In this document: in pieces, positions 1 through 7,688 of the stretch
How the letters are laid out: the number at the start of each line of letters is the position of its first letter
Position numbering within the stretch: position 1 is the stretch's first letter
Assembly (NCBI GenBank): GCA_039208735.1
Contig: JBCCQY010000150.1
Coordinates: 1 to 23,275, forward strand
Direction of reading: 5' to 3'
Length of the DNA stretch: 23,275 nt
Source: Myxococcota bacterium
GTDB lineage: Bacteria; Myxococcota_A; UBA796; GCA-2862545
The notes under the pieces: generated by a model
Databases searched by the model: none
Seen by the model: the letters and a program-made list of their open reading frames with translations, nothing else
Told to the model about the DNA's origin: nothing
Made by a program: the position numbers and the translations under genes

Positions 1-741
1 CATGGCCTGGGCTACGATGTACACGGGGTCCGAAATGCCATGCCGTTCGGCAAACTCGTCCGTACACAAAAGGGCCGCGGCGGCGCCGCACGTTGGAGGG
101 CAACACTGGAAGCGGGTCAGCGGATCGAAGATTTCGGGGCTCGCCAGAATCTCGTCGACGCTGAGTTCCTCTCGGAACAGGGCATAGGGATTCTTTGCCG
201 CGTGCTTTCGAGCCTTTTCCGCGATCTTTGCAAAGGTCTCTCGCTTCGTGCCGTGCTTCCAGCGATATTCGCGTCCCGCACCACCGAACATCTGTGCGGC
301 CGGTGGGGCAGCGTTCACTCCCTGGACCGCTTGCATCACGTTGACGTGCGCCTCGAGGGGGTTGGCGCGATCCGTCCACTTGGCGCCGAGGGCGCCCCGC
401 TCCATCTGCTCGAAGCCCACGGCGAGCACACAATCGGCGATCCCGCCTGCAACGGCCTGGCGAGCGAGCATGAGGGCGGTGGACCCGGTGGAGCAGTTGT
501 TGTTCACATTGAAGACGGGAATGCCCGTGGTGCCCACTTCGTAGACGGCACGTTGGCCACAGGTGGAATCGCCGAACACATAGCCCGCATAGGCTTGTTG
601 TACGGTTTCGAAAGGCACTCCTGCATCGTCGAGAGCGGAACGGATGGCCTTGGAGGCCATCTGCCAGTACTCCTCGCTCTTGCCGGGTTTCTGAAAGGGG
701 ACCATCCCCACACCGATCACATTGACGCGCTGCATGTTCAT
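1..741 (-). CDS. SCPx-type thiolase (lipid-transfer protein family), 3' end runs off the window
   Basis: Not in the ORF track because it is truncated. My minus-strand translation from ATG 741 reads MNMQRVNVIGVGMVPFQKPGKSEEYWQMASKA...YVFGDSTCGQRAVYEVGTTGIPVFNVNNNCSTGSTALMLARQAV...LAVGFEQM...HAAKNPYA...LTRFQCCPPTCGAAAA, open to base 1. NNNCSTG (catalytic Cys) and QCCP..GAAAA are typical of SCPx-type thiolases. ATGA overlap with the upstream stop at 738-740. Confidence 0.92.
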   Translation of the reverse strand, partial: MNMQRVNVIGVGMVPFQKPGKSEEYWQMASKAIRSALDDAGVPFETVQQAYAGYVFGDSTCGQRAVYEVGTTGIPVFNVNNNCSTGSTALMLARQAVAGGIADCVLAVGFEQMERGALGAKWTDRANPLEAHVNVMQAVQGVNAAPPAAQMFGGAGREYRWKHGTKRETFAKIAEKARKHAAKNPYALFREELSVDEILASPEIFDPLTRFQCCPPTCGAAAALLCTDEFAERHGISDPVYIVAQAM

Positions 742-3254
742 GCTCCCTTCATCCAAGAAAGATCTCGTGCGTGATCGAGCTGCCCGTCCACCCGCAAGGC
801 TCCTCGTTGATAGAGGTCGACCTCGTGTTCTTCGCCGCGCACAAATTGTTCGAGGGCTTTATCCGTCAGGGTGATGACGGTGTTGGCGGAGGTCTCCGCT
901 CCGGCTTGCACCGTGCCTGCACCAAAGTCGATGGTCCACGTTCCGTCGGGCTCCGTGATGTTCACGGTCAGGATCCGGTCCGTTGCGGGCGTGACATTCA
1001 GGGCGGCAAAGAAGCCGGGCGCAAACGCGTCTCGGGTTGGCGAGGCCACAGGAGAGGGCGCCGTGGTGGCCAGACCCGCGGTCACCGACGAGAAATCCAC
1101 CTTCCCCAGAAAGTCGAGGCGCTGCGAGGCCATCACGTCGCCGCTTACCTTGAGGTCTCCCCCGAAGTACATCTTGGTGGCGTCCTTTTCGCCCTTTAGC
1201 ATCGCGATGAGATTGCTTTGGGCAAGTTCCAGGGTGCAATCCGGCTTGGCCCCTCCGCCGGCGGTGAGGGTGGCTTCGCGGAGGTCCAACGTCCAGTCTG
1301 CATCTGGGTCCTTGAGGGCAAAGCGGTACACCTTGCCGACGGCTTTTGCGGTCTCCGCGTTTGCGCTTAGCCAGCTTCGCAGGACTTTGAAGTAGTCCGC
1401 ACTGGTGGGGCCCGTGCTCAGAACCGGATCGGCCTTGGGTTTTGGAGCCTTCTTGGGAATGGTTTCGTAAAGTGTGACGGCCGCGTTGCTCAGCACGACC
1501 TCGTCGCGTTCCTTCACCTTGGTTTGGAAGATCACGGTGTGACCCTCTTTCCACATTTCCGTCACCAGCGTTTCGCCGGGAAAGACGGTCTTCGCGAACC
1601 GCACCTTGATGCTTTCGAAGTACCGTGGATCGCCATCGGGAGCGCACTTCGAGAGGACATGGCGGGTGGCAAACCCAAGGGTGCACAATCCGTGCAGGAT
1701 GGGTCGTTCGTAGCCCACCGCTTGGGCGAAGTTGGGGTCAACGTGCAGGGGATTCCAATCCCCGCTTAGGCGATACAGCAGCGCCTGATTTTCGGAGGTT
1801 CGTTCTTCGACGACAAAGTCTGGGTCACGGTCTGGCGTTGGATTCACCTCGCCCGTGGGCCCACGGTCGCCCCCCCATCCGCCAGCTCCGCGAATGAATG
1901 CGGTCACCACGTTGGTAACCAGCAGGTCCCCGTCCTCGTCGAACGACTCAAACGTCGTCTCGATGAGCGCACCCTTGCCTTTGTCGTAGATGTTGGTGAT
2001 TCGCGCCCGGTGCGTGAGGGTCGCCTTGGGTGGAAGAGGCCGCTCAAGCTTGGTCATCTGTTCGCCATGCAACAGCCGGTCGAGTCCGTAGTGAGTCCCG
2101 GGTGCGGTGATGCCTTCGCGTGCCATCGTGAGGAACTCGTTGGTGGCCAGGACCACGCCATAGCTGGGCGCGGCTCTGAATCCCTCACCATGGGACTCGT
2201 AGACCATCGAGAGTTCGGGCCCGTTCGGATCTTGGGCTGCCCCGATGCCGAGTGCGTACAGCGCGAGATCTCGCTCGTCGTAGCTCGAGGTTCGCTCGGG
2301 GTACCGGTAGCCCAGCGCCTCATCCACATCGATGAATCGGTTGCCCCCTCGGGTAGGGCCGCGCTGCACGTTTTCCACGATGGGCTGCAGCGACTCGGTG
2401 ACCGTGGTGGGGTGCGTAGCGCCATCGAAATCGGTGATGGTGTCGAACGCATCGCGGACCATTTCGGGTGTGAACGTACGTCCGAGGCGCCACATCTTGC
2501 CTTCCGCGCGTTCCCAGCGGAGCTTGCCGAAGTAGCCCCCGCCCACCTCAAACAGCCCGCCCGTCTCATCGCACGACTCGTGGCACAACCACACCACCAG
2601 TGGGGAGACGTGGGCCGGATCGAGCGCTTCGAGCAGGTCGGGAGGCAACAGGGATTCGGTGAGGCGACTCCCCGCGAGTGGTGCGATGGTGTTGACGTTC
2701 ACGCCCTTGTTGCGCCCTTCGAGCGCGAGCGTATTCGTAAACCCGTGCAGCCCGAGCTTGGCCATTGAGTAGTTGGACTGACCAAAGTTGCCGTAGATGC
2801 CTGCAGCGCTCGCCGTATTGATCACGCGACCGTAGCGTTGCTCGCGCAGGTGTGGCCACGCGGCATAGGTCACCCGCATGGCCCCCAACACGTGCACTTG
2901 GTACACGAGGTCCCAGTCTTCGGGGCTCATCTTGTGAAAGGTGACGTCGCGCAGGATGCCTGCATTGTTGACGACCACGTCGATCTGCCTGTAGGTGTCG
3001 AGCGCGGTTTGGACGATCTTGGCGCCTTCGACCACGGAGTCGTAGTTGGCGACCGCTTCACCGCCTGCTTCACGAATCTCCTGAACCACGGCGTCCGCCG
3101 CTCGCGTGCCGCCCCCGCCCCCGTTGGGGTCGCCGCCCAGATCATTGACCACGACCCGGGCACCGTGCTTCGCGAAGAGCTTGGCGTGGCTGCGCCCCAG
3201 GCCGTTGCCCGCTCCGGTCACCACTACCACGCGTCCGTTGAAGTCAAGATCCAT
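738..3254 (-). CDS. Multifunctional enzyme type 2-like fusion: SDR (3R)-hydroxyacyl-CoA dehydrogenase + MaoC/hydratase-2 double hot-dog + two SCP2 sterol-carrier domains
   Basis: TGAGNGLG Rossmann motif, NNAG, YSMAK catalytic motif; hydratase-2 motif YRLSGDWNPLHVDP and PILHGLCT; two C-terminal SCP2-like repeats (WTLDL...DCTLEL...MYFGGDLKVSGD and WTIDF...NTVITL...LYQRGALRVDG); GGAGG RBS upstream of ATG 3254. Confidence 0.92.
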   Translation of the reverse strand: MDLDFNGRVVVVTGAGNGLGRSHAKLFAKHGARVVVNDLGGDPNGGGGGTRAADAVVQEIREAGGEAVANYDSVVEGAKIVQTALDTYRQIDVVVNNAGILRDVTFHKMSPEDWDLVYQVHVLGAMRVTYAAWPHLREQRYGRVINTASAAGIYGNFGQSNYSMAKLGLHGFTNTLALEGRNKGVNVNTIAPLAGSRLTESLLPPDLLEALDPAHVSPLVVWLCHESCDETGGLFEVGGGYFGKLRWERAEGKMWRLGRTFTPEMVRDAFDTITDFDGATHPTTVTESLQPIVENVQRGPTRGGNRFIDVDEALGYRYPERTSSYDERDLALYALGIGAAQDPNGPELSMVYESHGEGFRAAPSYGVVLATNEFLTMAREGITAPGTHYGLDRLLHGEQMTKLERPLPPKATLTHRARITNIYDKGKGALIETTFESFDEDGDLLVTNVVTAFIRGAGGWGGDRGPTGEVNPTPDRDPDFVVEERTSENQALLYRLSGDWNPLHVDPNFAQAVGYERPILHGLCTLGFATRHVLSKCAPDGDPRYFESIKVRFAKTVFPGETLVTEMWKEGHTVIFQTKVKERDEVVLSNAAVTLYETIPKKAPKPKADPVLSTGPTSADYFKVLRSWLSANAETAKAVGKVYRFALKDPDADWTLDLREATLTAGGGAKPDCTLELAQSNLIAMLKGEKDATKMYFGGDLKVSGDVMASQRLDFLGKVDFSSVTAGLATTAPSPVASPTRDAFAPGFFAALNVTPATDRILTVNITEPDGTWTIDFGAGTVQAGAETSANTVITLTDKALEQFVRGEEHEVDLYQRGALRVDGQLDHARDLSWMKGA

Positions 3255-3361
3255 GGGATCCTCCAGGACGAAGCCTAGACCTGGAAGGGGGGACTGCCCA
3301 TGACGGCCGCTTCAGGAATAATTGACCTAAGTGACCCCTCGAGTCATCACGAAGGCGGCCT
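3255..3361. promoter_or_regulatory. Divergent promoter region between the MFE-2-like operon and the AraC gene; possible regulator sites
   Basis: 107-bp gap between divergent starts; repeated TGAC cores (3301, 3323, 3332) and a near-perfect inverted repeat GGCCGCTTC (3305-3313) / GAAGGCGGCC (3351-3360). Function is inferred only. Confidence 0.35.
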
Positions 3362-4366
3362 ATGCAGTCCGTTCCGGGCCCACCCATCGATCTTGCGTAT
3401 GTGCGAAACCTACTCGCGGGGGCAGAAGCGCAGGGGCTGTCGGGAACGGAGCTCTTGCGCGAGGAAGGAGTGTCCGAGCTGCGTCCGGGTGCGGTGACGC
3501 CGTTGCTGTTTGTGCAGTTGGCCCGAAGGGTACAGCGTACGCTCGGCGACGAGGGCACCGGATTGCTCGCCCGACGGTTGCCCAGCGGAACGAGCGAAGT
3601 GCGATGCTGCTTTGCGAGCTACGGCAAGAACTTGGTCGAGGCCTATCAGCGCTTGGTTCAGTTCGAGCAGGTCCTGGACTGCGGGCTGGAGCACGCACTT
3701 CAGGTGCGCAAAGACATCGTCGTGCATGTCGTTCGGCCAACGGCCTCCGTGCTCAACGAGCTGGCCTTCGAAACGGCGTTGGTGTTGCACCATCGCCTTG
3801 TGGAGTGGCTGGGGGGCACCCGGTTGCCCATCAATCGGGTTGCGCTTTGCTACCCTCGGCCAGACCATGCACGCAGCTATCGCCTACTCTTTCGTCGGGC
3901 GGCACTCGCGTTTGACCAACCCGAGTGTCGGCTCGAGATGCCTCGTGCGGTGCTCGAGCGCTCGGTGAAGCGGACCGAGGCGCAGGCCATTCAGTGGGCC
4001 CGTCGGGCACCTCTCGACGCGTTTTTGCCGACGCAAGGGATCGATGGCGTAGCCCTTCGAGTGGCCTCGTTGCTCGAACGTCGGTTGCGCGAGGAGGGCG
4101 ATTTACCGGATATGGCCGGGGTTGCAAAGGCATTCGGGTGGACCGTACGCGTGCTGCGACGTCGGCTCGCCAATGAAGGCGAGGCCTTTCGTGCGCTTCG
4201 GAGTCTCGTTCGTCGTGATGCGGCGATTCGACTGCTCACGACCACCGATCGCTCCGTTGAGCAGGTGGCATTCGACGTCGGCTTCACCTCGGCGAGCCCG
4301 TTTGTGCGAGCCTTTCGCAGCTGGACGGGCCTTTCGCCGGGGGCCTACCGGCGGAGTGCACTGTGA
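3362..4366 (+). CDS. AraC-family transcriptional regulator (OruR-like N-terminal ligand domain)
   Basis: 334 aa; C-terminal double HTH (VAKAFGWTVRVLRRRLANEG; SVEQVAFDVGFTSASPFVRAFRSWTGLSPGAYR); divergent from the lipid catabolic genes. Confidence 0.92.
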   Translation: MQSVPGPPIDLAYVRNLLAGAEAQGLSGTELLREEGVSELRPGAVTPLLFVQLARRVQRTLGDEGTGLLARRLPSGTSEVRCCFASYGKNLVEAYQRLVQFEQVLDCGLEHALQVRKDIVVHVVRPTASVLNELAFETALVLHHRLVEWLGGTRLPINRVALCYPRPDHARSYRLLFRRAALAFDQPECRLEMPRAVLERSVKRTEAQAIQWARRAPLDAFLPTQGIDGVALRVASLLERRLREEGDLPDMAGVAKAFGWTVRVLRRRLANEGEAFRALRSLVRRDAAIRLLTTTDRSVEQVAFDVGFTSASPFVRAFRSWTGLSPGAYRRSAL

Positions 4367-4469
4367 ACAGGCCGGTTAGCGGTCGCTGAGATCGTTGAGG
4401 AGGTCGACGAGCGCGTTGGACGGTTCCGGGTTGACGGACTACGTCAGTCACGTGCAGCACTGTGGTTCC

Positions 4470-4618
4470 AACCTTGTTTTCTTCGTGGCCAGCGCATGGC
4501 GTCGCGCAGGTTCGGACCCGCAGGTGCCCCTCGCCGGGGTTCCTCCATCACGTTGATGGTGTTGGCTGCGCTTGCGCAAGGGAGCCCTGGGTCGTTTCGA
4601 CCCGGGGCTTTTGTTTTT
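4470..4618 (+). ncRNA. Candidate structured small RNA (unassigned family)
   Basis: No credible ORF. Nested pairing CCTTG(4472-76)/CAAGG(4577-81) and a 12-bp helix CGTGGCCAGCGC(4484-95)/GTGTTGGCTGCG(4559-70) with four G-U pairs that work only on the + strand; internal hairpins GGT-TCGG-ACC, GCCCC-TCGCC-GGGGT and CCATCA-CGT-TGATGG; ends in an intrinsic terminator. Confidence 0.4.
4582..4618 (+). terminator. Rho-independent terminator
   Basis: GAGCCCTGGGTCG-TTT-CGACCCGGGGCTT stem-loop followed by TTGTTTTT. Confidence 0.82.
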
Positions 4619-4653
4619 GGAAGTCGTGCCGCGGGTCCTCTCGTTGGGTTGGA

Positions 4654-4731
4654 TGATTCTGTATCTTGTCTTTGATAAGTAAGCTTTAAATTTAGTAATT
4701 TGCTTGCGTGGCCGTTCGAGACGGCTACATT
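4654..4731 (+). promoter_or_regulatory. Probable sigma70-type promoter with AT-rich upstream element
   Basis: Very AT-rich tract (TTTGATAAGTAAGCTTTAAATTTAGTAATTT) followed by TTGCGT(4704-09)-N16-TACATT(4726-31); the spacer is itself a palindrome (GCCGT-TCGAG-ACGGC); strong GAGGAGG RBS downstream before GTG 4802. Confidence 0.5.
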
Positions 4732-4801
4732 CAATCCGGGTTGCGAACCGCACACGGGGTGCGGTTGGACCCAGTGAAGATGCCTACGATGAGGAGGTCC
4801 C

Positions 4802-5372
4802 GTGGGACACATGGTTTCGAAACCGTCTCGAATGTTCCATTGTGTGACATACGGAACGAAGACCACTGCCGAAGTGCGCGACGCCATGTCGGCGAAGATC
4901 GAACTTCTTCGGGCGAGGGTTGTGGAACGGGATGAACGAATGAAGCGCGTCCGTAACGAGTACCAAATCGACGCCGAAAGACTGGCCATCCTGGTGATGC
5001 GTTACCAAGAAGATACGGAGTTTGTCTCTTATGATCGGCAAGGAGCCGGCGATGACGAGACATTGATTCCCGCGGGCGTGATCAGGCTGCAGGAGCCGCA
5101 GGCGACGAAGCCTGAAGCGCGTAGGGCTGCAGGAACAAATGAACAAATGGCCTGGCACCTTGGTTCTGTGACGAAGCCCAGCGCTGATCGCCAACCTTGT
5201 GCGCGAACGGGAAATGATCGATTCGGAACGTAGTCAGATCGACAAGCTCTCCTTGGTGCTGCGGAATCTCCACGACCAGGAGCCCTACGTCGACGATCGG
5301 ACCGGTGAACTTAAATACCGGGCGTGCGTGCACGACCTCGACGATCAGGAACTCGAATACCTAGGATTCTAG
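4802..5372 (+). pseudogene. Hypothetical coiled-coil protein gene (154 aa when restored) interrupted and frameshifted by a 106-bp insertion
   Basis: GAGGAGG RBS then GTG 4802; frame reads ...DETLIPAGVI up to 5083. Deleting 5084-5189 continues in frame as ANLVREREMIDSERSQIDKLSLVLRNLHDQEPYVDDRTGELKYRACVHDLDDQELEYLGF, with TAG at 5370-5372. The ORF-track call 4802..5233 is the frameshifted product. Confidence 0.75.
5079..5189 (+). mobile_element. Miniature structured non-coding insertion element (copy A), 101 bp between TGATC direct repeats
   Basis: TGATC at 5079-83 and 5185-89; two arms, each stem-GCAGGA-hairpin-GACGA-stem (TCAGGCT/AGCCTGA; GGGCT/AGCCC inside AGCGC/GCGCT); interrupts an ORF; homologous architecture at 18867-18948. 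Confidence 0.75.
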
Positions 5373-5399
5373 TTCGCCTTCAGTATCGGCCCACCAAGC

Positions 5400-6449
5400 T
5401 CACGCTTCATCGTAGCTTGGCGAAAAGATGATGATGCTCTCGCCTAGCCCGTAGCGCAATGCAAACGTGTCGAGGCGCGCCAGCGAGCCTGCGTTGAGCA
5501 CCGTGCCCCGGGCCAGGAGGAGTCGTCCTGCATTGTCTTTCAGGTCGGCCGCGAGTCGCATGCCGGTTTCGAGTTTGCTAATTGGAATCTCGATGGTCGG
5601 TGACGGTTCAGAGAGGTACGCGAGCAACGCCCGGACGTGTTCACGAGGGTGCAGCGCCGCGCAGTAGGCCACGGCAGTCTGGGCGGAGTCCCCAAGCTCT
5701 CGGCGGGCCAAGAAATCTCGAGCCATGGCGACGGTGCGCACCACCCACACGTCGCTCTGTTGGCTGCGGATGGCGTCTGCAATCTCTTCGAGGCGTGGAA
5801 TTTCAGCCACCAGGTTGGCCGAGATCTCGATGCCGCGACGAGAGGTCCAACGCTCTGCCAAGGGGCCCCCAATGGCGAGCATGCCCAGGGGCGCGAGCAG
5901 CGCCGTCGCTTCGATTTCCCAGGTGACAGGAACGCCCGCGCCCCTAGCCACTCCAACGACCACATCACGGAGTTGCTGGCTACGGCCACCGACCTCGGGG
6001 TCAACCATGGCTAGGACTTGCCGCAGCACGCGTAGGCTGCCCATCAACGTGCGCTCGAGAAGCTCCTGTTCTGCGTTGCGAAGGCGAGCCCATTCTTCGG
6101 CGTCGCGAACCGCGGTGAACAGGGCGTTCTGACCCGTTGGCTTGATGAGGAAGCGAAACACGCCGCCTCCGTTCACCAGGTTCATCATGTCCTTCAGGTC
6201 TGCCTGGCCCGACAACAAAATGCCGACCGTCTTGGGGTGCCGTTCCTTCATTTGATTGAGGAACGTGGCCCCGTCCATCCGCGGCATGCGCATGTCGGAG
6301 ATCACAATGTCGAAGGCGGTTTCTTCCGCCGCCTCGAGACCCTCTTGGCCGCTGGATGCGACCTGGACGGCGAATTCCCTTCGTAAGGTTCGCCGCAGGC
6401 CAGCCAGGATGTTGGGTTCGTCGTCCACGCAGAGGATCGAGGTCTTCAT
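5400..6449 (-). CDS. Response regulator (receiver domain + degenerate HD-GYP-like helical output domain)
   Basis: MKTSILCVDDEPN...IVISDMRMPRMDG...ILLSGQAD...FLIKP receiver motifs. The C-terminal region resembles RpfG-type regulators but has no HD or GYP motif. Start moved from 6512 to ATG 6449. Confidence 0.85.
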   Translation of the reverse strand: MKTSILCVDDEPNILAGLRRTLRREFAVQVASSGQEGLEAAEETAFDIVISDMRMPRMDGATFLNQMKERHPKTVGILLSGQADLKDMMNLVNGGGVFRFLIKPTGQNALFTAVRDAEEWARLRNAEQELLERTLMGSLRVLRQVLAMVDPEVGGRSQQLRDVVVGVARGAGVPVTWEIEATALLAPLGMLAIGGPLAERWTSRRGIEISANLVAEIPRLEEIADAIRSQQSDVWVVRTVAMARDFLARRELGDSAQTAVAYCAALHPREHVRALLAYLSEPSPTIEIPISKLETGMRLAADLKDNAGRLLLARGTVLNAGSLARLDTFALRYGLGESIIIFSPSYDEA

Positions 6450-6527
6450 AGGTCGCGCATCGGTTCGATGGCGCGGGTGTTTCACCTGGATCTGATCCGA
6501 TGGAGTCCGCAAAGTTCCCTAAGGTGG

Positions 6528-7688
6528 ATGAGCAAGCAAGCCCTCGAACACCAGCTTCGCAAAACCAAGGAACGAATTCGGATGGCGCAGGTCTTCGATG
6601 CGAAGATGCGCGAGATCGACCTGGCCCATCGGGCGCAGCAGCAGCCTAAGCCTCCCCATCAACGAACTGGCTGGCCCCACGCTGAAGTGAAGCCTCGAGA
6701 ACGTGAGCGCCGATCCGAGAAGGCGAACATGAACATTCTTCTCGTTGATGATGAGCCCCATATTCTCTCGGCTTACCGGCGTTCGCTCCGGCGCTTCCGG
6801 CATTGGGACTGCCGCTATGAAAGTGGTGGCGAAGCCGCCCTCGGTGCCATCGCCGAGGGGCAGGTCGACGTCATCGTGACCGACATGCGCATGCCGGGGG
6901 TCGGTGGGCTCGACGTGTTGCGGTCGGTCCAGTTGAACCACCCAGAGATCGTGCGCCTGGTGCTGTCGGGCTACGCCGAGGACGAGTTGCTGGTGGGCAC
7001 CGAGAACCTCGCGCACCGTTACCTGCACAAGCCGTACCCGTGTCCCGACCTCATCGAGCTGCTCGCGGAACTTGAGACGGCGATCGCTGGCCTGGGCGTT
7101 CGCGACTTACGATCCATTGTGGGCGGGGGCGACCGCTTGCCTACCCCCCCCGAGTTGTTTCCCAAGCTCCTTGGTGGGCTGGCCCAAGGCGAGTTCGAAA
7201 AGGTGGTCGAACTCATCGAGTCGGATGTGGGCCTTGCCACGCTCATCCTTCGCATTGTGAACTCCGGCTTTTACGGCGTTCCTCGAGTTGTCGTGTCGAT
7301 TCGAGAGGCCACCACGATGCTCGGCATTCGGGTGCTGAACCACGTGGTTTCGTTGTGGGCCATGGGTACGGCGATGGCGGTCGCGCCTGAACGGGTGCGC
7401 GACCTGAGTGCGCGAGGCATCGCAGTGGCAGAAGCGATTCGAGCCCAGCACCCCGATGACCACACCGCGATCAGTGCTGCATTGGTGAGTGGTGCGGGTC
7501 CGATGGTGATCGAGGCATTCGGCTTGAACGACGACCCCGATAAAGTGGCAGCGGCCTTTCTGTTGCTGTGGGGGGGCCCGCTGTCGATCGTCTGTACGCT
7601 CGACGGTGTTCGACGCGAAGAACCCACGGGAAGTGCAGCGGTGTTGCGAGAGGCCCGAACGCTCGTCGATCAGAGCAGGTCGCAGTAG
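6528..7688 (+). CDS. Response regulator with HDOD domain
   Basis: NILLVDDEPH...IVTDMRMPGVGG...LSGYAE...YLHKP receiver; LPTPP...IESDVGLATLILRIVNSGFYG...SIREATTMLG HDOD signature. Start is uncertain (ATG 6528 or ATG 6729). Confidence 0.85.
   Translation: MSKQALEHQLRKTKERIRMAQVFDAKMREIDLAHRAQQQPKPPHQRTGWPHAEVKPRERERRSEKANMNILLVDDEPHILSAYRRSLRRFRHWDCRYESGGEAALGAIAEGQVDVIVTDMRMPGVGGLDVLRSVQLNHPEIVRLVLSGYAEDELLVGTENLAHRYLHKPYPCPDLIELLAELETAIAGLGVRDLRSIVGGGDRLPTPPELFPKLLGGLAQGEFEKVVELIESDVGLATLILRIVNSGFYGVPRVVVSIREATTMLGIRVLNHVVSLWAMGTAMAVAPERVRDLSARGIAVAEAIRAQHPDDHTAISAALVSGAGPMVIEAFGLNDDPDKVAAAFLLLWGGPLSIVCTLDGVRREEPTGSAAVLREARTLVDQSRSQ

Noticed and set aside
40..774. 244-aa plus-strand ORF and other long overlapping ORFs (e.g. 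11484..12602, 20112..21452)
   Set aside because: GC-rich antisense shadows of motif-bearing genes on the opposite strand.
3256..3290. GATC followed by a hairpin containing GACGAAGCCT, identical to part of element copy A
   Set aside because: Only a 10-mer match, overlapping the RBS of the MFE-2-like gene, with no GCAGGA half or closing TGATC; plausible by chance.
5084..5184. Hammerhead ribozyme (CTGCAGGA...CGAA resembles CUGANGA...GAAA)
   Set aside because: The core deviates from CUGANGA/GAAA and the flanks pair with each other, leaving no third stem or cleavage triplet.
4802..5233. 143-aa ORF as an intact gene
   Set aside because: Its last 49 residues are translated insertion plus out-of-frame sequence; a better C-terminus lies in another frame.
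6282..6896. Long-range inverted repeat around CCGACATGCGCATGCCG, suggesting an invertible segment
   Set aside because: Explained by the conserved DMRMP receiver motif in two divergent paralogues; no recombinase nearby.
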